A stretch of DNA of 64,000 nt from Chloroflexota bacterium (GCA_963663275.1 OY760183.1:2432001-2496000); one strand, 5' to 3'. Shown: positions 38,188 through 48,170, counted from the stretch's first letter. Made by a program: numbers and translations. Notes: generated by a model not told the origin, from the letters alone.

Positions 38188-39221
38188 CCTAGACTCACAA
38201 ACGAAGTGCAACACTTTGCTAAGGTGTTGCCATGGGAAAACAATACACACAACTTACCATTGAAGAGCGGTGTGAAATTGCCCGACTTCTCACCGCGAGA
38301 ACCTCGCACCGGCAAATCGCTGCAACTCTGGGTCGCGCGCCATCGACGATTTCGCGGGAGGTGAAACGAAATGGATCGCAATCGGCAGGCTATGAGCCAA
38401 AGTATGCCGATGATCAGGCGTGGGCGCGGTGCTGGCGCGGCAGCAAGCTGGAGCGGGATGCCGAGTTGCGGGAGGTGGTGTTGGGATACTTGCGGGATTG
38501 TTGGTCGCCGGAGCAGGTATCCGGACGTTTGGCGCGGGAGAACGGCGCGCCGGTCGTCTCTCACGAGACCATCTATCGCTTCATCTACGGGCAGCAGGCG
38601 CGCACGAAGGACGGTAACTGGCGGCATTACCTGCCGCGCGCCAAGTCCAAACGGGGCTGGCGCGGGCGAAAGGGCGGCAGTCCGGCCTCGTTCATTGCCC
38701 AGCGCCGACCGCTGGCAGAACGGCCCCAGGCGGCGGCAGACCGCCAAACGCCCGGCCACTGGGAGGCGGACCTGATGCTCTTTCGCACCTACGGTCAAGC
38801 AGTCTTGACCCTGCACGAGCGCCACTCGCGCCTGTTGCTGGCCGCGCGACCGCCCGGCAAGGCGGCAGCGCCGATCGCCACTATCCTGCACGACCTGTTC
38901 GCCGCGCTGCCCCCAGCGTGCAGCCAGACCGTCACGTTCGACAATGGCACGGAGTTCGCACAGCATTACCGCCTCCATGACTTGGGCATCCAAACCTTCT
39001 TCTGCGATACCCACTCGCCCTGGCAGAAAGGGGGCATCGAGAACGCCATCGGCCGCCTGCGGCGCCGGCTGCCGCGCAAGACCGACCTGGCACAGGTGAG
39101 CCAACAACGCTTTGCGCAACTGGTCCACGCCTACAACCACACCCCGCGCAAGTGTCTTGACTTCCAAACGCCAGCCGAAGTATTCATCAACCAGGTGTTG
39201 CACTTGAAATGTGAATCCACC
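38188..39221 (+). mobile_element. IS30-family insertion sequence
   Basis: Imperfect IRs cctagactcacaaacgaagtgcaacac / gtgttgcacttgaaatgtgaatccacc; TTC target duplication. Confidence 0.9.
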
Positions 39222-39242
39222 TTCCGGCTTTCACCGGAATGA
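38232..39242 (+). CDS. IS30-family transposase
   Basis: HTH (STISREVKRN), WSPEQ, ETIYR, GHWEAD, DNGTEF, PWQKGGIEN, PRKCL. Confidence 0.96.
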   Translation: MGKQYTQLTIEERCEIARLLTARTSHRQIAATLGRAPSTISREVKRNGSQSAGYEPKYADDQAWARCWRGSKLERDAELREVVLGYLRDCWSPEQVSGRLARENGAPVVSHETIYRFIYGQQARTKDGNWRHYLPRAKSKRGWRGRKGGSPASFIAQRRPLAERPQAAADRQTPGHWEADLMLFRTYGQAVLTLHERHSRLLLAARPPGKAAAPIATILHDLFAALPPACSQTVTFDNGTEFAQHYRLHDLGIQTFFCDTHSPWQKGGIENAIGRLRRRLPRKTDLAQVSQQRFAQLVHAYNHTPRKCLDFQTPAEVFINQVLHLKCESTFRLSPE

Positions 39243-39365
39243 CGGAGTTTTGCAAAGATCTCCTGAGGAGAGGGCCGGGGTGAGGGGACGATGTTGTCGC
39301 ATTGCGGTTGCGTTAGGGCTAATCCCCTGAACCGGCATTTAGTACGGCAAGCAGGTCAGCAGCAG

Positions 39366-39392
39366 GCGCAGGTTGCAAACCTGCGCTACCGG
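39366..39392 (-). repeat. Family B REP, single copy
   Basis: gcgcaggttgcaaacctgcgctaccgg. Confidence 0.8.
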
Positions 39393-39522
39393 AGGTTTGG
39401 TACACCGAGACAGCCAGATTTCATACCAAAAGAGCCAGTGCGTCACCGGCAGCGTGAGGGGGGAGCGTTAAACCGGCCGCTTTTATCGATGCGGCGCAGC
39501 AATGCCGGGGCCGGGTACCGCC

Positions 39523-40344
39523 TTAGCTCTGTTCTCGCGCGCGGCGGCGGGCGGCTGCGCCCGTGATGCGCGAGAGGAGAATGCCAACCTCGTAGAGCAG
39601 GTACATCGGTATGGCTACCAGCGCCTGGTTGAACGGGTCCGGCGTCGGCGTAATGACCGCGGCCACAATCGCGCAGATGACGATCACGAACGGCCGCCAA
39701 CGAGAGAGCCGCTTCGTGTCGACGAGGCCGATGGCTGAGAAGAAGTAGATGAAAATGGGCATTTGGAAGACGAGACCGAGCGCGAGCATCATTCTGGCAA
39801 CGAAGTCAATATAGAATCTGACTCCAAGTGTGGTCTCGATCTGTTCGGAAACGAAACTCTGAGCGCCGGTGAGAAATCCCAGCGCAAACCGCAGCACGAC
39901 AAAGTAGCAAAAGGTCATCCCCACCAGGAACGCGAACGACGACGTAGGCACCAGCATGTAGAGGTAGCGGCGCTCGCGCCGCGTAAGGCCGGGCAGGACG
40001 TAGGCGCCAATCTGATACACCAGCACGGGCATAGCCCCCGCCACACCCACCATGAGGGCTACCTTCATGAATGTAAAGAGACCCTCCGTCGGCGAAAACT
40101 GGTGTAGTGGAAGGTCCGTGGGCAGCGGCTGCCGGAGGAATACGATGATGGGATCGATGAAGATAAAGGCAATTATCGTAAAGAACAACACCGACAGCGC
40201 GGCAATGAGCAGACGCCGCCGCAACTCGGAGAGGTGCTCTCCCAGCGTCATCTCCATGTCGAGGTCGGCTACGTCGTCGGGATGTCTGCCGTCGGGCAGT
40301 GTCTCCGGCGCTTTGTCGGAGCCTGCGGTCTCTTGCGTCGCCAT
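39523..40344 (-). CDS. tatC: Twin-arginine translocase subunit TatC
   Basis: MTLGEHLSELRRRL, PGLTRRERR, FQMP, AAVITPTPD, LYE. Confidence 0.96.
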   Translation of the reverse strand: MATQETAGSDKAPETLPDGRHPDDVADLDMEMTLGEHLSELRRRLLIAALSVLFFTIIAFIFIDPIIVFLRQPLPTDLPLHQFSPTEGLFTFMKVALMVGVAGAMPVLVYQIGAYVLPGLTRRERRYLYMLVPTSSFAFLVGMTFCYFVVLRFALGFLTGAQSFVSEQIETTLGVRFYIDFVARMMLALGLVFQMPIFIYFFSAIGLVDTKRLSRWRPFVIVICAIVAAVITPTPDPFNQALVAIPMYLLYEVGILLSRITGAAARRRAREQS

Positions 40345-40538
40345 GCGTGTATTCACTTCTCCTGCACTATAGACTTCACTCCTTAAGCTACACTGCGCGC
40401 GCGGGGACTTCAAGTAAGCGGCTCCGGGGCGCGCGTGCCTTCAGCGCCGGAGCAATGCTCCGGGCGATAAAGCGCGGTCATTGCCAAGGGACAACCGTGG
40501 CAATGACCGCACGTTTTCCAATCCGGATCCGTCCGTCC

Positions 40539-41834
40539 TTATCCCGCCTTTGCCACCGCTTCCACCAGCCGCGGGCCGTGCTCAACCACCTTGCGGAAGG
40601 CGGCGGCGTTCTGCTCCAGCCAGTCGCCGCTGGGGTCGACCGGCGTGGAGAGCCAGAAGCAGGTGTCGTGGACGCGCTCGCTCACCGGCAGCGAACCCCG
40701 CTTTAGCGGTCTACGCGCGTTTGCGGGCAGATCGCCCCAGGGACCGCCTAGTCCATCGAAGGAAAACTCATTGAAGAGCGGCTCCAAGTGCATCACGCCG
40801 TAGCCAAAGGGCGTGATGGCCGGCGTGGTGCTGACGCCTTCGGCGACCAGGGCCTGGAGCACGGTATTGACCGGCGCGCCAATCTCCGCGGGATCGATCA
40901 CGCCGGCGTAGAGCAGCAGTCCGCCGCGCACCGCCGCCGGATAGGTCTTCTGAGGATAGATGCCCGCAATCGGCTCCAGCAGCGCGTCGAGCTTGTCGAA
41001 CCACGCCAGGCGCTTGTCGTTCAGTGCCGGCAGCCGCTCCAGTTGCGCGCGCGCCATCGCCATGGCCAGCGGGTTGGCCCGGTACTTGACGCCAAGGCCG
41101 ATGTTGTGCAGCGGCGTGAAGCGCTCGGTTTGCCACATGCGCTCGGTGCGCCCGTAGTGCCCCAACGCCAACATGCGGTCGTACAAATCCGGACTGTCCG
41201 TCGTCGCGACGCCGGCCTCGATGCCCGTAACCGCCTTGCTGCCTTGCAGGCTGAAGCAGCCAATATCGCCAATTGAGCCGACCTGCCGCCCGTCCCAGGT
41301 GCCTCCGTGAGCGTGGGAGGCGTCCTCGATCAACGTGATGTCGGTGCCTGCCACGATTTCGCGAAAGGCGTCCATGTCCGCCGGGTTGCCGTAAACGTGG
41401 GTGACGATGATCGCGCAGGTATCCGGCGTAATCTTGCGGCGTACGTCTTCCGGGTCGGCGCAGAACGTCTCCGGATCGACGTCGCAGAAGACAGGCGTGG
41501 CGTTGCAGTGCAGAATGGGCGTGATGCTGGCGTGCCAGGTCACGGACGGCACGATTACTTCCTTGCCCAACCCCGCGCCGGAGGCAAAGACCGCCGCGTG
41601 AATGGTGGACGTGCCGTTGCAGTGGGCCAGGGCATAGCGCGTGCCGACGAAGTCCCGGAACTGTTCCTCGAACTTCTCGATTTCGTCGTAGGCGCTGCCG
41701 TAGTCATCGAGCACGGCATTCACGTACTGCTTTTCCAGTGGACTGACTCGTTCCCACGTGTCGCCGCTCGCGGCGGTAACGGCCTTAGGCCCGCCCTCGA
41801 GCGCCAGCGCCTCTCTGCTTACTACCTTCGCCAT
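40539..41834 (-). CDS. DegT/DnrJ/EryC1/StrS-family PLP aminotransferase
   Basis: NGTS, IEDASHAHG, FSLQGSKAV..EAG. Confidence 0.92.
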   Translation of the reverse strand: MAKVVSREALALEGGPKAVTAASGDTWERVSPLEKQYVNAVLDDYGSAYDEIEKFEEQFRDFVGTRYALAHCNGTSTIHAAVFASGAGLGKEVIVPSVTWHASITPILHCNATPVFCDVDPETFCADPEDVRRKITPDTCAIIVTHVYGNPADMDAFREIVAGTDITLIEDASHAHGGTWDGRQVGSIGDIGCFSLQGSKAVTGIEAGVATTDSPDLYDRMLALGHYGRTERMWQTERFTPLHNIGLGVKYRANPLAMAMARAQLERLPALNDKRLAWFDKLDALLEPIAGIYPQKTYPAAVRGGLLLYAGVIDPAEIGAPVNTVLQALVAEGVSTTPAITPFGYGVMHLEPLFNEFSFDGLGGPWGDLPANARRPLKRGSLPVSERVHDTCFWLSTPVDPSGDWLEQNAAAFRKVVEHGPRLVEAVAKAG

Positions 41835-41928
41835 GGCACACTCCTTCGTGACAAGAAGCTACACGGACACTACCAAGCCGAAATCATCCGATTGCCGGTC
41901 TCACCAAGTGTAGCACGCTTCAACACAC

Positions 41929-41966
41929 AAAGACAGGAGGCAGCGGTAATGCTGCCTCCTGTCTTT
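41929..41966. terminator. Terminator-like hairpin after the SBP gene
   Basis: aaagacaggaggcagc-ggtaat-gctgcctcctgtcttt, a 16-bp perfect stem. Confidence 0.7.
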
Positions 41967-42007
41967 CGTGGCTATCTAAGAGCGCACCCTCGCTGAGGGA
42001 ACTGCTC

Positions 42008-43390
42008 TTACATCTCCATCTTCCACTCTTCCGGCCGCTGGCTGAAGAGCACGTTCATCTCTTCGGCAGACTGGCGGAACGCCTCAGGCACGGTCACCTC
42101 ACCGGAGATGGCCTTGCGCGTCCAGCCGATGTCGATGCCCCAGGCCTCAGAGCCCTCAGGCACGATCATGGCGTCGTGTCCGCCGGAAATCCAAACGTCC
42201 ACCACGTCCGTTACGCGGGTGCCCTTGAAAGGCTCCAGCCATACCGGATGCGTGGCGTACTCGATGACGGGCGGCCAGGCGATAGAACCGAAGTGCGGGG
42301 TTTCCAGCATGCTCTCGTCGGAGTGGAACCACATGAGGAAGTCCCATGCCAGATCCTTCGCCTCGGAGAGGCTCAGGATGGAGTAGGCGTTGCCCAGCAC
42401 GGTTACGCGCTGATCCAGGCCCTTCGGCGGGGGCAGGAAGTCCAAGGCCTCGCCCAGGTGCGGGCGAATGCCGTTGTGGCGGTAGATGCCGTTATTCTCC
42501 ATCGCCGCAAACTGGTTCTCAATGTGATAGGTGCCCTTGGGGAACTCGACGCCAATCTCGCTGGCGCCCGGGGCGATCACCTTGTGCTTGAGCGCCAGGT
42601 CGATGTTGAACTGCGCGCCTTCCAGAGACTTGGGATCGGTGCCATAGAGCGCCTTATCCTTGGTCTCGTTGAGGATCTGGCCGCCGAAGTTGTACATCCA
42701 CGTCCCCATCATGTAGAAGACGTAGTTCTGGTAGATGACCAGAGCCCACTTGTTCTCTTCGGCATTGGTGAGCTTGCGGGACATCTCCAGCAGGTCGTCG
42801 TAGCTCCAGTCCGGCGGAGGCATGTCCACACCGGCCTGGGTCAGGAGGTCTTTGTTCACGTGGAAGACTTCGCCGCCCGACTGGAAGGGCACGCCGTACA
42901 GGTTCGGGCCCCAACTCCAGTTCACCAGCTCGCCGGCAAAGTAGTCCTCTTTGCTGCGCGGGCCTTTGGCGAAATAGGGAGTCAGTTCCTCGATGACGCC
43001 GGTGAGACCCCACTTGAGCGCCCAGTTCACCTGGTTGTAGGTGATGTCCACGCCGGCTTCACCGGCGGCAAACTCGGTATTGCGCTTGGCAAAGACACCG
43101 CCGTCGAACGTGCGGTCCGGCGTTGCCTCGATAGTGATGCCAAGCGACTCCTCGCCAACTTTGAAGGTCTCCGAAAGGGCCTTCCAGCGCGGATCTTCCT
43201 CCGCGTGGTAGTTGGAGATCTTCAGGACCGGCTTCTCTTCCATCTTTGGCGCTTCGGCCTCTTGCTTAGGCGCCTCGGTGGTGTCTTCCGCGGGCGCGCC
43301 CGTGGTTGTCGCCGTGCCGCACGCTGCCAAGAACGCAGCGCCACCGGCTGCGGCCCCGGCGCCGAGCAAGGCTCGTCTCGTCAAACTCAT
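42008..43390 (-). CDS. Tat-exported lipoprotein sugar-type solute-binding protein
   Basis: LTRRALL, LAAC lipobox, YGVP, NKDLL..AGV..P..DWSYDD. Confidence 0.87.
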   Translation of the reverse strand: MSLTRRALLGAGAAAGGAAFLAACGTATTTGAPAEDTTEAPKQEAEAPKMEEKPVLKISNYHAEEDPRWKALSETFKVGEESLGITIEATPDRTFDGGVFAKRNTEFAAGEAGVDITYNQVNWALKWGLTGVIEELTPYFAKGPRSKEDYFAGELVNWSWGPNLYGVPFQSGGEVFHVNKDLLTQAGVDMPPPDWSYDDLLEMSRKLTNAEENKWALVIYQNYVFYMMGTWMYNFGGQILNETKDKALYGTDPKSLEGAQFNIDLALKHKVIAPGASEIGVEFPKGTYHIENQFAAMENNGIYRHNGIRPHLGEALDFLPPPKGLDQRVTVLGNAYSILSLSEAKDLAWDFLMWFHSDESMLETPHFGSIAWPPVIEYATHPVWLEPFKGTRVTDVVDVWISGGHDAMIVPEGSEAWGIDIGWTRKAISGEVTVPEAFRQSAEEMNVLFSQRPEEWKMEM

Positions 43391-43538
43391 GGGGAACACT
43401 CCTTTCTGGTTCTTTCCCCAGCTAGAACTTGCCTGCGGATGGGCCAAATCCAGCGGCCATCACACGCCCAGCCGCGTCGCAAGTCCACGCACAAAATCCA
43501 ATAAGCCGTTCGCACTCTACTTGGCTAGGCTCGCAACG

Positions 43539-43567
43539 ATTATAAACGTTTCGTCAAGGTGGGTCAA
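43539..43567 (-). promoter_or_regulatory. sigma70 promoter overlapping a LacI-type palindrome
   Basis: TTGACC-17 nt-TATAAT; AAACGTTT palindrome overlaps the spacer and -10. Confidence 0.55.
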
Positions 43568-43825
43568 GGATTTTCCCAGAACTGAGAAATCCCCATCAAT
43601 CTCTATGAGAGGCCGGAGGGCCGCCACCGGGCGGCTTAGCCGTACCATTCACTCGCCGCTGCCTGCGTCCGCCGCACATGCCGGCAAGTCTTGGGGCGAG
43701 GCCCGCGTTCAAAGTGAAGCCCTGCCAGCCAGGAGAATGAGGCGTTGAAGAGCCGCGCTCTCGTCAAGTCCTTCAAGGATACGCGCGGCAAAGCGCCGTC
43801 ATGGCTGCGGCCGCTCTGGACAGAC

Positions 43826-44563
43826 TTACTCTTCCACCTCAATCGTAAAGAACTGCCACTTGGGCGTGCAGCGGTCGCGGAGCGTCTCGTCTTCCAGTAC
43901 CAATTGATAGCAAGGCCAGATTTCCCATTTGCCCGCTGAATCGAGGGCTATGACCACTCCGGTCTTGAACTTCTGGTACCGCACAACTTCCACCCCTTCA
44001 TGGACTAACCCAAAGTCCTTCTCTTCGCCGGTGGGATGGTTCGTGGCAACGAACGTTCGCTTTAGCTCAATGGGCGGCACGCGCAGGTTCTGCACCGTAA
44101 ACTCGATGTAGATCTCCTGACCCACCTTAAAGGGGGACTTATCGGCGCCGATGCCATGCCCCGGCGGACCGTAGGCCGTCAGTTCCATCAGCCTGAAGGC
44201 ATCGAAGTTGGCCACCGACGTGCCAGCCTCGTAGAAGACCTCAAGCTCGCCAATGTTCTCCGGCGTGGCTTCCGGCTCGATGAGCGGCAGGTCGGCCACG
44301 TCGGCAGCCGATTCCGCTTCTTCGTCACCCTTCGCCGCCGCCGTTGCCGTGCTGCTCACCTTGATGGTCGCGCCGGCGTCTTCCGGAGACTCAGTCTCGG
44401 AGGCGCCGGAAACCATGAAGATTACGGCAACAAGGAGCAAGACCACGCCCACCCCCATGGCGCCCACGGAAGTTTGCGGGCGGCGGCCCGCAATCTTGCC
44501 TATCACACCAACGGCCAGGAGAATGACGCCCAGAAGACCAAAGACGATTGTAAGCGGAGGCAT
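43826..44563 (-). CDS. Hypothetical membrane protein (2 TM plus extracytoplasmic beta-rich domain)
   Basis: Hydrophobic N terminus, acidic linker, Cys pair near the C terminus; TTGACT-18-TATAAT promoter at 44712-44741. Confidence 0.6.
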   Translation of the reverse strand: MPPLTIVFGLLGVILLAVGVIGKIAGRRPQTSVGAMGVGVVLLLVAVIFMVSGASETESPEDAGATIKVSSTATAAAKGDEEAESAADVADLPLIEPEATPENIGELEVFYEAGTSVANFDAFRLMELTAYGPPGHGIGADKSPFKVGQEIYIEFTVQNLRVPPIELKRTFVATNHPTGEEKDFGLVHEGVEVVRYQKFKTGVVIALDSAGKWEIWPCYQLVLEDETLRDRCTPKWQFFTIEVEE

Positions 44564-44883
44564 GCCTTTAACCTCAGATTCTTGATTTTGAGCAACGGCT
44601 CGTTCGCCCAAGCCGCCGCAAACTTCGACTGCTCGTTGGCGGAGAAATCGGCGGCCCAGCTTCTCCATAATCCCCGGGCTGTCGCGTGAAGGCAACGGCC
44701 CAATTGAGACGATTATAGTAAGCGGTTGTCCACAGAGTCAAGGGATAAATGCGCGTCGCGGCAATTGCAGCGCGGTGGCGCATTAGGTACGGTATAGCGT
44801 ACTGGGTGGTTTCCCTGTATGTGACGCCAATCTTGCTGCGACTGCCGTTGTTCGCAGGTGTTCGGACTTTGCGAGAAAGGATT

Positions 44884-45732
44884 ATGTCGATGAGTCTTCT
44901 TCACAAAGCGGCCGCCGGCCTGGGCTATCACGCCATGGTGGCGGACGGTCATCCCTCGCTGGAGCGCATTCGCATCGCGGTCTTGCGGCTGGCCCCCGGT
45001 GAATCCTACGCCGGCGAAACCGGACCATGGGAATCCGCGCTGGTGCTGCAAGCGGGTGAGGGCACCATTGCCGTCGAGTCCCACGGCATTGACCACCATT
45101 GCCAACGCCAAAGCGTCTTCAGCGGCCCCTCTTCCACGGTCTTCGTCGCGCCGGAGCAGTCGTGGGAAGTCCGCGCGCAGGGACACGCTACCCTGGAACT
45201 GGTTATCTGCAGCACGCCGGGCAAGCCGGGCATGGCTTCCCAGGTGATTACGGCGGACCAACTAAAGCTGCGCAAGGTGGGACAGGGCAACTGGTACCGC
45301 ACGATCTACGACATCATCGACGCGCCTTTTCCGGCGCACTCGATGGTGCTCGGCGAGACTTATAACCCACCGGGGTTCTGGAGCAGCGCGCCGCCGCACA
45401 AGCACGAGGTGGACGATCCGCCCCACGAGTCGTTCCACGAGGAAGCCTACCTCTTTCGCCTCAATCCGCCGCGCGGGTTCGGCATGCAGCGCGTCTATAC
45501 CGACGACCGCGCGCTCGACGCGGCCTACGCGGTGGAAGACGGCGACGTGGTGGCGATCCCGCGCGGCTACCACCCGGTGGCGGCGGCGCCGGGCTACCAA
45601 CTCTACTACCTCTGGGTGCTGGCGGGCAACCAACGGGTGCTGGCGCCGCGGGACGATCCCGACCACGCCTGGCTGAAGGAAAGCGAGGCGGTGATTACCG
45701 CGGTGGGCGGCCTGGTCACGCCCGGCGCATAA
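44884..45732 (+). CDS. iolB: 5-deoxy-glucuronate isomerase
   Basis: WSSAPPHKHE, EEAYLF, GFGMQRVY, PRGYHPV, YYLWVLAG. Confidence 0.93.
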   Translation: MSMSLLHKAAAGLGYHAMVADGHPSLERIRIAVLRLAPGESYAGETGPWESALVLQAGEGTIAVESHGIDHHCQRQSVFSGPSSTVFVAPEQSWEVRAQGHATLELVICSTPGKPGMASQVITADQLKLRKVGQGNWYRTIYDIIDAPFPAHSMVLGETYNPPGFWSSAPPHKHEVDDPPHESFHEEAYLFRLNPPRGFGMQRVYTDDRALDAAYAVEDGDVVAIPRGYHPVAAAPGYQLYYLWVLAGNQRVLAPRDDPDHAWLKESEAVITAVGGLVTPGA

Positions 45733-45857
45733 CGACCGGCTAGTCCTCTCCCCGCAAGTGAGAGTACGAAGGCCGGCCAGCCCCTTCTTTCTGCCGGTAA
45801 GCGTCCGGTGGCCGGTCAGTCCGGTCTTTCTGCGTGAGAATTTGATGGCAGTCCAGT

Positions 45858-45891
45858 CCCCTCTCCCCGTGGGAGAGGGTTAGGGTGAGGG
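45858..45891. repeat. CCCTCTCCC..GGGAGAGGG hairpin repeat (family E)
   Basis: ccctctccccgtgggagagggttagggtgaggg; related copies near 37920/39263 and 55783. Confidence 0.75.
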
Positions 45892-45935
45892 TCGCCTTCT
45901 CGCCTGTGCGCCACACAGTCAACCACCAGGAAAAC

Positions 45936-46041
45936 CCGTAGCGCGGGGGATCGTCCCCCGCCGGTTAACAAAAAGCCGTAGCGCGGGGGCTTGTCCCCCG
46001 CATGGTAGCAAAAAGCCGTAGCGCGGGGGCTTGTCCCCCGC
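45936..46041 (+). repeat. Three family A REPs, 40-bp period
   Basis: Copies at 45936, 45976, 46016. Confidence 0.9.
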
Positions 46042-46148
46042 ATGGTAGCGAAGAGCGGCAACGAAGGGTCTTGCCATCCCCCTCTTTGCGCGCATGGCGA
46101 CAACCACCTGAACCACGGTGCTTAGCAAACAGGGAGAATGAACGAGCC

Positions 46149-47540
46149 TTGGATGAACGCTTCGACCTAATCGTCCTCGGCGGCGGCAGCGCCGGTTACG
46201 CCGCCGCGCGCACGGCCGCCGACCTGGGCGCCAGCGTGGCCGTAGTTGAAAAGGGCCCGCTGGGCGGACTCTGCATCCTGCGCGGCTGCATGCCCAGCAA
46301 AGCCGTCCTGGCCTCCGCCAATCGTCTCTATCACACGCAGCACGCGGCGGAACTGGGCATCCACGCCGGCGCGCCTTCCGCCGACCTCCCCGCCATCATC
46401 GCCCGCAAGCGGCGCTTGGTAGAGGACTTTGCCGCCTACCGCATCGAGCAACTCAAATCACCGGAAATCACGCTCGTCGAGGGCGCGGCGCAATTCCTCT
46501 CCGCCGAACGCGCGCAGGTCGGAAAAAAAATCCTTGCCGCGCCCAAGTTCGTCATCGCCACCGGTTCCGTTCCTTTCGTGCCCAAAGTCCCTGGCCTGGA
46601 AGAATCCGGCTACATCACCAGCGACGAGGCGCTGGAGTTGGAAACGTTGCCGGAATCAATCTGCGTGCTCGGCGGCGGGCCGATCGGCCTGGAGTTGGGG
46701 CAGTTCTTTTCACGTCTCGGCGCGCGCGTCACCCTCTTGCAGCGCAGCGCCTGCGTCCTGAGCAGCGAGGACGAGGCCGTGGGCACGGCGCTGGCGGGCT
46801 ACCTGCGGGAAGACGGCATGGATGTTCGCTGCGCCACGCGGCTCACGGCGGTAGAGCAGCGCAACGGCAAGAAGGTGCTTCACCTATTGCAGAACGACGC
46901 GGAGAGCGCAATCGAGGTGGACGAAATCCTGGTCGCCACCGGGCGCGCGCCGGCGCTGGCGGGGCTGAACCTGGCCGCCGCGGGCGTGGAGAGCACCGCG
47001 CGCGGCATCGCCGCCGACACCGCCATGCGCACGTCGAACCCGAGCATCTTTGCCGTGGGGGACGTGACCGCCTCGTTCGACATCGTGCACGTGGCAATCC
47101 AGCAGGGCGAGATTGCCGCCCACAACGCCCTGAGCGCCGGCCCGCCGCAGTACATGGACTACCGCATCGTGCCCATCGTCATCTTCACCGAGCCGCAGTA
47201 CGGCCGCGTGGGCATGACCGAGAAGGAAGCCCGCGCCAAAGGGCTGCCCATCGTCGCGGCCTCGTATCCGTTCGACGACCACGGCAAGGCGCTCTGCCTG
47301 GGCGAGACGCGCGGCTTCGTCAAGATGATCGGCCACGCCGAGACCGGCGAACTGCTGGGCTACCAGGTGCTGGGGCCGGAAGGCGGCGAACTCATCCACG
47401 AGTGCATCGTGGCCCTCCACTACCGCGCCACCGCCCAGGACTTCATGCGCATCCCCCACTACCACCCCACCCTGGCCGAAATTCTCACCTACCCCGCCGA
47501 GGAAATCGCCGCCCAGGTCGAAGGCGTGAACGGGCCATGA
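46149..47540 (+). CDS. Pyridine nucleotide-disulfide oxidoreductase (dihydrolipoamide dehydrogenase family)
   Basis: GGGSAG, GGLCILRGCMPSK redox disulfide, GGGPIGLE, HPTLAE; TTG start. Confidence 0.9.
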   Translation: MDERFDLIVLGGGSAGYAAARTAADLGASVAVVEKGPLGGLCILRGCMPSKAVLASANRLYHTQHAAELGIHAGAPSADLPAIIARKRRLVEDFAAYRIEQLKSPEITLVEGAAQFLSAERAQVGKKILAAPKFVIATGSVPFVPKVPGLEESGYITSDEALELETLPESICVLGGGPIGLELGQFFSRLGARVTLLQRSACVLSSEDEAVGTALAGYLREDGMDVRCATRLTAVEQRNGKKVLHLLQNDAESAIEVDEILVATGRAPALAGLNLAAAGVESTARGIAADTAMRTSNPSIFAVGDVTASFDIVHVAIQQGEIAAHNALSAGPPQYMDYRIVPIVIFTEPQYGRVGMTEKEARAKGLPIVAASYPFDDHGKALCLGETRGFVKMIGHAETGELLGYQVLGPEGGELIHECIVALHYRATAQDFMRIPHYHPTLAEILTYPAEEIAAQVEGVNGP

Positions 47541-47550
47541 GCCGTGCGTT

Positions 47551-47810
47551 CCGTTCGCACTGAGCCTGTCGAAGTGCGCCCTCCCCTTCCATTCGCGCTG
47601 ATCCCGTCGAAGTGCGCACTCCCTTTCCGTTCGCACTGAGCACGCCGAAGTGCGCCCTCCCCTTCCGTTCGCACTGAGCCTGTCGATGCGAGTGCGCCCT
47701 CCCCTTCCGTTCGCACTGAGCCCGTCGAAGTGCGCCCTCCCATTCCATTCGCGCTGAGCCAGTCGAAGTGCGCCCTCCCCTTCCGTTCGCACTGAGCCTG
47801 TCGAAGTGCG
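47551..47810 (+). repeat. Tandem array of 7 units, 38-bp period (family F)
   Basis: ccgttcgcactgagcctgtcgaagtgcg at 47551, 47589, 47627, 47665, 47707, 47745, 47783; inverted copy within 47881-47921. Confidence 0.9.
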
Positions 47811-47981
47811 CAGACAGCGCCGGCATTACGGAGTTGAGTTGAATTCCTGTTTAGCGCCTACCACCTCGTAACTCGCCACCGCAACCGTTCGTACTACGAC
47901 AGGCTCAGCACGAACGGTTGCGTGGCTTGGCGGTATCGCCGTCTAGTCCCGCCGCCGTCCCGCTGCTAGAATAAAGGCCAC

Positions 47982-48066
47982 GGGGACGTGTCGGAACTGG
48001 AAGACGAGCATGACTTAGGATCATGTGCCGCAAGGCGTGCGGGTTCGAATCCCGCCGTCCCCACCA
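47982..48066 (+). tRNA. tRNA-Leu(TAG)
   Basis: GGGGACG..catga-CT TAG GA-tcatg, variable arm, GGTTCGAATCC..CCCCACCA. Confidence 0.97.
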
Positions 48067-48170
48067 GCCACCAAACGAAGCCGGACGGGTATCCCCTGCC
48101 CCAATCACCCACGCCCACAGGCTCTCACCGTACCCCCGCCGCGCGTCCGACCAATTCCCCACCGCCATTT

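Larger units (their letters stand above)
37932..39262. mobile_element. IS5-like MITE (homolog of 20767-20906) carrying a second MITE and an IS30
   Basis: gagacctctgcaaaa ... ttttgcaaagatctc; internal segments match the reverse complement of 20767-20906. Confidence 0.75.

Noticed and set aside
46149-47540. Mercuric reductase MerA
   Set aside because: No C-terminal Cys-Cys pair or mer genes; the HPT..E motif fits the LpdA-like group.
47551-47810. CRISPR-like array
   Set aside because: Direct tandem units with near-identical 10-bp linkers and no unique spacers.
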